Shown: piece after piece, positions 53,731 through 64,000 of the stretch
Layout: every line of letters begins with the position of its first letter
Numbering within the stretch: position 1 is the stretch's first letter
From: Vicugna vicugna
Taxonomy: Eukaryota
Assembly: GCA_013265495.1 (NCBI GenBank)
Contig: MU057635.1
Span: forward strand, 1-64,000
Length of the DNA stretch: 64,000 nt
Direction: 5' to 3'
Translations under genes and position numbers: made by a program
The notes under the pieces: generated by a model
Told to the model about the DNA's origin: nothing
What the model saw: the letters and a program-made list of their open reading frames with translations, nothing else
Database searches by the model: none

Positions 53731-54734
53731 AAGCTTAAATGCCTCCCACAAACAGAAGCAAAGGTGGGATGAGCAAGTGGCTCAGAGACAACTACTAGAG
53801 TGATTGACTGTCTTTGGATTCTTCTCAGAATATTTGTTCAGCACAGCACATTAAGAGAAGAGGAGACATTTGACCTCTCCCTAAAGGTGAAAAACAGGTC
53901 AGTATTTGGGCCAGAAAGAGAAAGAGACATGACCTACTGGCAGTGGAGCATTATACTACCCAGTGCTCCTTTGGGCATGGATTTCCTTGGCACCAGGCTC
54001 ATACCATCTTAAAATTTCAAAAAGAGTCATTGACCAAGGGCTTGGCTTTTGGGTGTCTCATTATAAGTCAAAATTCAAAAAAATGCTAGAATTGGAAATT
54101 ATTATAGAGTGTTCATTGTCCCATTCATTTCATAGACAAGGAAGCTTCATCTCACATAGCAGTTCATCAAGTTGGAACAATTAATTTGTAGGAAAAATGG
54201 TACTATAATCAGGATTCCACACTCTTATAATCCCAGTATTCTTTTCATATAAACATGCAAAAGCAGATAATACATAGAAATCTAAAATATATTTGCCTAT
54301 ATTTGCTTCTGTAAGACAATGCTTTTACTGGTCTTTTTTAAATATTAGAGTTTATTATTAACCATGAATGCTTATTTAATCACTGTTTGACCATTTCCTC
54401 AAGAGTTGTATCAGTTGAACTTTAGTTACATGAAACTATAAAGAAAAATACAGAAGTTTTATTTTCTCTTCTTTTGTCTTAACTGCTTTGATTTTGAATT
54501 TTTCTAGCCTCATCTCTACTTGTTTTATTATTCAATGGAAATGCTACAGAATTAAGGTCATACCTTTCCTAAAGGTTAAGTCAGTCCATGAAACATCACC
54601 TTTATGAAATAAGCATTGAATCTTTTTATTTCAGGGAGTCATGAGTACACACTCATCTACTGAATTAAATCACTTTCACTTACACACAACTGCCAAATGC
54701 ATTAGCACTTAACACAACTCATTAACTTCACACC

Positions 54735-54805
54735 ATATATGTGTGTATATATGTGTGTGTGTGTGTGTGTGTGGAGAGAGAGAGAGAGAGAGAAAGAGAC
54801 AGAAT
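54735..54805 (+). repeat. Compound (TG)n(GA)n microsatellite
   Basis: Directly visible. Confidence 0.9.
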
Positions 54806-55594
54806 AAATATGTATGTATAATCTAACTATTTTTCATAAAGTTATTAACCTTAATTAACAAATGAAAAAAAACCAAGACTCCAAGAAGGTAAGTAGTGTG
54901 CTAGAAATTAATAGCAGAAAGTAGCAAGACCTGGATTTGTTTGTTCACTATAAGAGAAAATGAGCTGGGTGCTTTACAATTGGTGAAACACCTTCTCACA
55001 TACTTCCTCACTTAACTGGAACATTGAATCTACAAGGGAGGAAAGAATGGTTTTCTAATCACATTTTCCAATTGAATGGAATGAATAGATCAGCACATTC
55101 TCAGCCCTGGATCAGTCCTAACTCCCCGGGCTGTGTTCTTACCAGGCATCTCACCCTCCTCTAACTGCTATAGCCGGGTATCACCCTTGTGTTTTGAATC
55201 TTGATGTCTAGATCTGTTTCCTCATTTATAAAACTATGAATCTGGACTAAAGGAGTATTTCCAGTGTCAACAACAGGATTATTTTCCTTCTTGCTAAAGT
55301 GGAAGTACAAGTTGATAGGGGAAGGACTATGGTAGATACTTTTTATATTTTTTCATAGTGAGTTATTTTTATATTCCTATGAGAAGCAGTTGGATGGTGG
55401 GGAAGAACACTTTGCTATAGATGAAATTGGCAGCTTCTGATTCCATTGCTTGTTCTGCAACTAACTCATTGTGTGACTTTGTGAGTTATCTCAGCCTGTT
55501 TTTGTTTCCTCATTAATATGACCTATGAAATAATGTATGCAATCACATGTGGTAAGAATGAGCTGAAATGAAGTGGAGATAAGTAGTTTGTTCT

Positions 55595-56330
55595 TTTCTA
55601 ACAGCTTTATTGAGGTATAACTGATGTACAATACATCGTTTATATTTAAAGAATAAAATTTAATATATTTTAATACATATATATGCCCATGAAACCATCA
55701 TCACAATCAACATAGTAAACTAATCCACCTTCCCTCAAAGTTTCCTTATGCCCCTTGGTAATCCCTTCCTCCTTCTCTTTCCACACACCTGTACCCAGGC
55801 AATCATTGATCTACTATTTATCACTAATGAATAGCATGCAGTTTCTAGATTTTTAGAAATGAAATCACATAAGGTACTCCTGTTTTGAGTTTCATCCATT
55901 GTGTTGCAAGTATCAACTGTCAAGAGGTTTCCAAAGTGTTTGCACTATTTTACATTCCCACTAACAGGGATGAAATTTTCAGTCCTTCCATTTTCTTGTC
56001 AATGATCAGTATGACCCACATGTTTTTAATTTTAACCATTCTAATAAATGTGTAGGAAAAGCTCAGTTAGCAATAACCATTCTAATAAAATTGTAACAAT
56101 AAATTTAATTTGTGTGCTCATAATACAAATGACTAGAGCATTTTCATACATTTATTAGTCATTCAAACATCTTCTTTGGTGAAGTGTCTGTTTAAACATT
56201 TGGCCCATTCTTTTGGGGTTATTTTCTTATTATTAAATTTTAAATTTTTTCTATATTGTGGGTACAAGTTCTTTATGAGAACTGTATTTTTTCAAATAAT
56301 TTTTCCATGGTTTGTTTTTTCATTCTCTGT
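55595..56330 (-). mobile_element. Ancient L1M 3' fragment
   Basis: acagctttattgaggtataactga.., catgaaaccatcatcacaatcaa, attttacattcccactaacag, tcttctttggtgaagtgtctgtt. Confidence 0.8.
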
Positions 56331-57841
56331 TTCCTAATTGACCTAAGGTATGATGGAATGATGCACACATTCACAACATATTAAAAAAGAATTGAATAGG
56401 GATAAATATAAGTACTTTACAAATTATAAACTTTCAGACAAATGTATGGTTTTGATTACTCATTTTTAGAGCAGCTTCTCTGTTGCAGCTGCTTGTGTTC
56501 TGTGCAGAAACTTAAGGATGGGGGCACTACTATCAATCATCCCAGGATTTAAGATAGCCACACCCCCGTGAAAGATGCATTATACTACTCTGCTTTCTTG
56601 TCTTTCTCAAGCAGTAAACCAATTAGAGAAGAGACAGCATGACTTCTCCTTTCAGGTTTAGGTAGAGGATGCTACTTATTACAAACTTACTTCATGTTTG
56701 GGTTTGGTTTGATTGGGTTTGGTTTGGTTTTCCACTTCCTTCTTAGAATTCTTCAATGGACCAGATATCCCTCCAATCAAAGAGAAAAAGTTTACCAAAT
56801 CCATGGTTCTTTTGCCCACAGAGTTGGATAACACTTTCTCTATTTCCCCTGAGACAGGGACCCTTGAGTCTTAACCCCAAACTGAGCTGTGCAATGAACT
56901 GTTGGCTAGGCAATAAGATTGTCCAAAGACACAGCTCTGTCTTCACCCTGATTATGCTTCAGGCCAAACTTCTGGGTGTTTCTAAAGATCAGGGAAACCA
57001 GAGACTAATTCTGTGTCCATGCATAAAAGGAAAGGCAGAAAAAAGAAGGACAGACACAAAAATAAAGATACATCAACTTCATCAAATCACACATTCACAG
57101 AAGACAATAAAGTGAAGTAGACTCTACACTCAGACAGACCCAGCTCTGCTGTTTATTGCCTGTTGACTGTGCTAAAGTTACTTAGTATCTAGCCTTGTTC
57201 ATTTCAGATATAAAATGGAGATAATTCTGGCATTTACTTAATATAGTTCTAGTGACTATGGAATTATGTAATGTATGAAAGCACTAAAAATTCTGGCATA
57301 TAGTTGATATTCCATTAACTCCTGGCTTTTTAAAAATTATTATTATTCACTACTTTTTCTAATATTTATCACCCTCTGCTCCAAGTATTTCTCTTTCTCT
57401 GTGTGTGTGCGTGTATGTGTGTGTGAGTGATATGTTACATGTTAAGACCACTGGATCTTTCCTTTTTTATGTGTGCCTATCTGTAGTGAGAGTTAGTGTT
57501 TATCCATTATCTGCTTTGTTTTAGAAAGAAGGAAGAGACACTCAAATCTGTTATTCTTTACTAATTAATTGGGAGATACTTGCACAGATCAGCTCAAACA
57601 TTTGGTACCATGTGATAAATGACAACAGGGCACCAATTTCTTCAGAGAAGCAGAATTTGCCATCCCTAAGACACTAACATCTTCTCCTATTTGACTGGGT
57701 TTCTGGAGAAGACAAATGACCGTCGCTCTTACCAAAGTCATTTGAGTTACTCTTATGGGTCATAGAATCTAATTACTGGGAAACTTTTTAAGAATCACTG
57801 CAAATGATAAAGCAAACCCAGGCACACATAAAATTGGAAAG

Positions 57842-58768
57842 ATGGATAAAGAAAACCACTCAGTGGTGACTGAGTTTATCTTTATGGGCATCACTCAAGA
57901 CCCTCAGCTGCAGATCATCTTCTTTGTGGTCTTCCTCTTGGTCTACCTGGTCAACACGGTGGGGAATGTTAGTATGATTACCCTGATCATAACAGACACC
58001 CAGGTTCACACACCCATGTACTTCTTCCTCTGCAACCTCTCCTTTGTTGACCTGGGCTACTCCTCAGCCATTGCCCCCAGGACGCTGGCTGACTTCCTAG
58101 CAAAGCACAAAATCATCTCCTTCTCCAGCTATGCCACCCAGTCTGCTTTCTTTGTAGGTTTTGTGGATGCTGAGTGCTATGTCCTGGCTGCCATGACCTA
58201 TGACCGTTTCGTGGCCATCTGTCGACCTCTCCACTACAGCACTCTCATGTGCAAGCAAGACTGCTTGGCTCTCGTGCTGGGTTCTGACCTGGCTGGTCTG
58301 GTGATTTTAGTTGCCCACACTTCCCTCACCTTCAGTTTGAGTTACTGTGGTTCCAGTATCATAAACCACTTCTGTGAAATCCCACTGCTTCTAGCCCTCT
58401 CTTGCTCAGACACCTACATCAGTGAGATCTTGCTCTTCAGTGTGTGTGGCTTCATTGAATTCAGCACCATCCTCATCTTCATCTCCTATGCCTTCATCCT
58501 CATCACCATCATCAGAATGCGCTCTGCTCAAGGCCGCCTTAAGGCTTTCTCCACCTGTGGGTCTCACCTCACTGGTGTCACACTTTTTTATGGCACAGTC
58601 ATGTTCATGTACCTGAGGCCAACATCCAGCTACTTCCTGGATCAAGACAAGTGGGCCTCTGTGTTCTACACTGTTATCATCCCCATGTTGATTCCTTTGA
58701 TCTACAGTTTACAAAACAAGGATGTGAAAGCTGCTTTCAAAAATCTAATTAGAAAAAAACCTCAATAA
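57842..58768 (+). CDS. OR5AR1: Olfactory receptor 5AR1-like; open frame but probably non-functional
   Basis: 308-aa [61 protein letters not shown]. Carries C97[14 protein letters not shown] and [11 protein letters not shown] changes relative to OR consensus. Confidence 0.85.
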   Translation: MDKENHSVVTEFIFMGITQDPQLQIIFFVVFLLVYLVNTVGNVSMITLIITDTQVHTPMYFFLCNLSFVDLGYSSAIAPRTLADFLAKHKIISFSSYATQSAFFVGFVDAECYVLAAMTYDRFVAICRPLHYSTLMCKQDCLALVLGSDLAGLVILVAHTSLTFSLSYCGSSIINHFCEIPLLLALSCSDTYISEILLFSVCGFIEFSTILIFISYAFILITIIRMRSAQGRLKAFSTCGSHLTGVTLFYGTVMFMYLRPTSSYFLDQDKWASVFYTVIIPMLIPLIYSLQNKDVKAAFKNLIRKKPQ

Positions 58769-58899
58769 AAACAAAAAAGGGGAAAATCTGTTATTACCAC
58801 ATGTAAAAATTAGTGGTAGAAAAATGATGGCAGAAGGTGGAAAATGCAAATAACTTTCCAATAAACACTACTTTAGGTGCCAGCTACCTGCTGCATCAA

Positions 58900-59175
58900 T
58901 CTTATTTTTTCTTAACTGAGGTAGAGTTGATGTATCATATTGCATAATTCTTAAGTATACTGCATAGTGATTCAAAAATTTTAAAGGTTATACTCCATTT
59001 ATAGTTATTATAAAATGCTGGCTATATTCCTTGTGCTGTGCAGTATGTCCTTATAGCTTACTTACTCTGCTTTGTTACATTCATTAGTTGTATTTTTAGG
59101 TTCCACATATAAGTGATATCGTACAATCATTTTCTCTGTCTGACTTATTTCACTAAGCATAACACCCTGCAAGTC
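58900..59175 (-). mobile_element. L1 3' fragment
   Basis: aaaggttatactccatttatagttattataaaat..ttccacatataagtgatatc..tctgacttatttcactaagcataacaccctgcaag. Confidence 0.8.
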
Positions 59176-61049
59176 AATCTTAAATTCCTGAGGATTTTCA
59201 GGAAAATTTAACTCTATGGTGTGAAGCAAATATAAATTAGTATTTCTGAAAGTCATGCTGAGTGAGATGCATTAATTATTTTTTTTTATTTAAAATTGGC
59301 TCACATGTCAATAAGAAATGGAGACAGGACTTGAGAAGGGCAATAAATAGCTACTCACTCTAAAGCGTATTTGTTTTCAGGGTCATGAGGAATGACAGAC
59401 CCAAATGTTGAAAAGATATCTACTATGAAATGGAGTCGGAGAAAATTTAGTTAAACACGTGGGAATGGGGCTGGTGTGAGTAGTGACTTAATGTATCCCA
59501 GAATCCAATCACGTGTGTATTCAGCAAAAACTTACAAATGCTAGATTTGTGCCTCCAGAGGACACAAATGTAAGACACACCTGTGCCAACAATAGGAATT
59601 TGATGTGCTTCCAGTTACTCTGTTATCTCTCGGAAGCTGCTGCCACCAATACAATCAATAGCCACGCAAAGTCCAAGAATAAGAGCTGAGATTAGGCTCT
59701 GCTAACTAAGCATGTGAGTATTGACAGCACCCTTTTTTTCTGTCCTCAGTTTTCTCTTATGTCAGGTGGTTGGTTTCACCTTATAATCACTGGACCCTTT
59801 GGTCTATTCAAAAGGGGTGGTCATCTCATTTTTGTCCACCTCACATACTGACCTCCTCCCAGCCCTCAGGGAAGCCCTAGGATTCTAGGACTCTGGAACT
59901 TTTTGTAAGAAAGATAAAGTTTAGATCCATCCCTAAGGCTAATTTTAGCAAGACTGTAATGTATACAGGACTGATTGTCCTGATCAATCCCCAATCTCCC
60001 CTATGCCTTTCTCTCCCCCTCTTCTAATCTCAATGAAACCCTAGCCTTTTCCATGGCAGTTAAGTGTCTTCATGCTTTCCACCATCATCCCCAGGCCCTT
60101 CTCAAAGCATAGTTTCATTAACCTTGATGTAGCAATGACTGACAACAGAGGAGGATGTAACTCCTTTTTGCATGGTCTCAAGGCTATAAATCTTGAATTA
60201 AAAAACAGGACTGCCAGGTATCAGCAGCAGGTAAAGGCAGCAGACTGAGAACTGAGGAGAGCTAAGGTTTTCTCAGATGTGCTGAAATTCCATCACACCA
60301 TCTGTTTCAAATACTGACAATAATGTTTTTGTCTCAGCCTTTCCTCTCACACAGTATAGTCAAAGGTCAGGGAAATGCAGTGGTTGCCCTGAAGTGTAAG
60401 AGAAACCTCATTCATCATGAAAGGTACTAAAGAGTTTTAGAGATAAAAGACTCAGGATTCACCACACTTTCTAATGGGTGTCATATATGAGTAGAAATTG
60501 ACCAGGTTCAAAATCACTCAGTCATATTATGAATTCCTAAAAACATCCCTGATGTCACATTATGGAGAAAGTAAAGGGCTTAATAGACAGGTGTGGAGTG
60601 GTCAGTCCTGAAACAGTCCAGAGATTTAGCCTTCAGGTTTTTTAAAAATATAATCTAATGTGTAAATCTATATGCTGTGTGAAAAACAAGAAATTAGGGT
60701 AGGACTTTCCATTTTCATTAACTATGAACCAAGTAGTCTATGTCTTAATTGAAAGAGCAGTTGCCTCAGAATAAGGAAGATCTTTGAATCCCACTTCTGT
60801 ATCTCTACTCACTGACCTTGTTGCTAAAGGACTACTTTTTTTTCCCTAATTTATTGTTGTATCCAGTCAATAAACAAAACACTTTAAATCTGTTTAGGTT
60901 CTTACCACAATCATTCGATGTATGTATTATTCTCATTTTAAAGATGATAAAACTGACATATAGAAAAGTCAACAACAAACTTGTCAAAGTTAAGTAGTAA
61001 AACCAAAAACTGACCCAGGGGCTGCACTCTCCACTCTGACTTATGACAA

Positions 61050-61260
61050 AATTCAGGCTTTGGACTATTTAGAAAGAAGCCCTCACTCAGATTCTGGTCT
61101 CTCTTTCTGTAGGACCTTGGGCAAGTTACTTAATCTCTATAAGCCTTAATTTCATCTTACAAATGGGAATAACTTACTTTTTAACATTTTTCAAATGATA
61201 TGCTGTAATCCTTGTAAAGAATCTGTCACATAAGAGATATTTAATAAACAGTAGCTCCTT
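61050..61260 (+). mobile_element. MIR fragment
   Basis: gaccttgggcaagttacttaatctctataagccttaatttcatctt..aaatgggaataa MIR core. Confidence 0.7.
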
Positions 61261-64000
61261 CTATTTTTCTTTCATTTACATCTTAACTATCTGTCATCTT
61301 GGGTCAATGTGTTGTCATAAAATGAGGAAGCCATTTTTTCCCCATGTAATTGGTTTTAGAAGCACAAATATCAACTTGAAATGACAAGAGAAAAAATGGA
61401 TGGAAGTTGGATCATGTTAGTCTTTGTCCCAGTCCTGCCAGTAATCATGTCGGATAAGTCCCATAATGTCTCTGTACTTTAATCTATTCATCAATGAACT
61501 AAGGGCTATTATTTACACCTCATCTATCCTTTGGATTTGCTCAAATAAGTGGTAAATAAATGTCTGATGTTTGAAAAGGCCTGAATTCTCCTTTATACAT
61601 TAAAAACTTTAGCAAGTACTAAAAACATAGCAAAAGCAGACATTTCAATCATACTCTCTATAATAGACTGCAAAAATCTTATGAACTGCTGTTTTCTCTA
61701 ATCAGAAACGAGTTGGTAACTACTGCACTAGGAGTTATAATAGGCAAAAATCAGTGCAGATGTGGTTAAGATGGAAGGGATCAGAATGAGAAAAAGCTGA
61801 AATTAAATTCTGCTTCTTCCACACACAAGAAAAATCTCAGGTGACTTTTTTTAAACAATCTGTGTTTAAGACTTAAGACTTGGTGGGTAGATTTGTAGAT
61901 GTAGATGTACATATCAATGCAGATATAGATGTTCTGTCTTTACTGAGTTGACATGCATAGGGAGATAAATTAAATGCATATATCATGTATTACAGGAAAA
62001 CAAAACAATAAATACGAGAAGAGGACTGCAGACAAAGTGCTGTGGGAAGTCACACCTTAAAGGCAGCACCTCCTTTTGGGAGATCAGGGAATTTTATGGA
62101 GGAGGGGGCATGTGAGTTGTTTTTGAAGAAAGATCCAGAAATTAAACAGGAAAGCAAACCAATAGGGAATGACAGAAGGAAGAAACATAGTGAAGAAAGG
62201 TAAAGAGGCTGGAAACCATGGGACTGTTCCACGGGCCATTTTGGCCAGCTGTCCAGTGGGAAGGTTTGTTGGTGAAGCTGGAATGTAGCTCAAGATCTGG
62301 CACCAATTTAAGGACAAGGGAATTTGTAACTTGGAGTGTAGGGAGTTTATCACTCATGAATTCTGGAGAAGATACCTCTTTGCTCCCTGAAGTCCTGTCA
62401 CATATCCATCCACAGAAAGACCTTTGGAGAAACCAGTGTAGCAACACAGTCTTTAGGTGGGTAAATCCAAGTAGACATTGGCTACTTCAGATAGGTTTAG
62501 TGGCATAAGATGGTATGCTTTTCTTAATAAAACTTGAATAAAACTCTTACCTTTAGCCATAATTATGTGTGGTCTTCTCCCAGGGGAGGAATGTAAGCTG
62601 AAGTCTCTCCCTTCAGTATCTGCCATAGAGAGGCTACCTGGAATAATTAGGGTCTAAGATTCCTTGTCCTATTCCACAGTTACCCCTATTCCCTAACACA
62701 GAAGCTATAAAATTGCCAAAGTCCTTTGCTTGGCATTCCAAGTCCTCTTCCTTAAACACCACGTGGTATTATTTCTCCCTGATCTCTTTGTGCAACAAAT
62801 TCTCCTATAAAGCTATTTCTTGAATGGCCCTGACATTTTTCTACCTCTGTATTTTCACCAGTTCTCTCCTCTTTCTACTCCCTGCTTCCCTGATTATCCC
62901 AACTCCATGTCTCAGAACATCCAAACTTGGCTCTTCCTTCAAGGACCAGCTAAATACTACTCCTCCAGACACCCTCTTTCTCTGACCTACTGGGCTGGTA
63001 AAAAAACTTACTCTTCTGAACAGCAAAATCATTTCATTTGTAACTTTCTTTTGATTGTGTGTGGATGTTATAGTTATGCACATACACGTCTAAATGCCTA
63101 AAATGCAGACACTGTGTGAGATGTACCTGGTGTCCCTCTCACAACAGCAAACTCATAATGAACACTAAAAGAATGTTTGTGAAAAGAAAGGAGTGAGATG
63201 AAATGTTTGGTGTCCAGATTGCTTCAAACAATCAGACACCAAAAATGTGCAGCCGGTGAGGGGCTTTGGAAGCAGGTGTGTTGGTATCTGTGTGTTTAGC
63301 TCTGTTAGAGCAAAGTTAGTTAGTGAGAATAATGAGCCTTATTCTGGAGACTGGAATGGGAGCCCATGATGAAATCAACACCATGAATGCCACCCATGGA
63401 TGACATGTGAAATTCTACATTTTCAGCTTCATCTTAGTCATTTCCTCCCACATCCCACCTCCCAGAAGTTCAAGTTACGTCGAGCTCAAGTACACCTTAA
63501 ACTTCCTCCCTTTGCATACTTTTGCTTACATGAGTCTATGCTTCAAACACCACTAACCCACCTAGAAAACACTTGCTTCTGCTTTATGTCACAAATCAAC
63601 CATCACTTCTAGAAATCATTCCTGAACTCACTTTCTGGGTTTTCCCATCTGCAGAATGGTACCAGTAATGCCTACAGTGTGGGATTTCTGTGAGAACTAA
63701 GCAAGAGTGTTACCATGGCCAATGGCCCCCCTTGCTCAGGAGTTTTTGCCCATTGTCCTGGGATAAGTATCAGCAGTGCTACATTTCACTCTCAAAAGTG
63801 CTCTAATCCAGATATTAAAATATGAGAAAATCCTAAGGCGTGTATTTAAGCACTTTGGGGCTTAATTAATGGCAGCTGTCCTTTGGGCTAGATTCACATG
63901 TAAATCCACTATAACATTAAAACATACACCCCTTATGAGTATGATAGCTCACTTCTGCTGAGTCCTAGTCCAGTGTTCTGTAAAACAGGGAAGTGTGCAA

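Overview
Mammalian, AT-rich, repeat-dense window holding part of a class II olfactory receptor (OR) family-5 cluster. Gene order resembles my recollection of the OR5M...OR5AP2-OR5AR1 interval of human 11q12. The tRNA-derived SINEs look like camelid Vic-1, so the source is probably a camelid (inference). There are eight OR loci. One is clearly intact (OR5AP2-like). One has an open frame but has lost several conserved OR residues (OR5AR1-like). Six are disrupted pseudogenes (five OR5M-like, one OR5AP1-like). An old ~10 kb tandem duplication produced two [OR5M(+) / OR5M1/10-like(-)] pairs. The rest is L1, L2, MIR, SINE, ERV LTR and Tigger1 sequence, simple repeats and three assembly gaps. I see no evidence for a wholly new biological system. 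The best observations are: an identical frameshift inside a likely gene-conversion tract in two paralogs; a probable spliced L1 (5'UTR joined to 3'UTR); an L1 with a perfect TSD inside an OR coding region; a twin-primed nested L1; and a solo LTR carrying a CCAAT/octamer array. Repeat family and orthologue names come from recall, not database searches.
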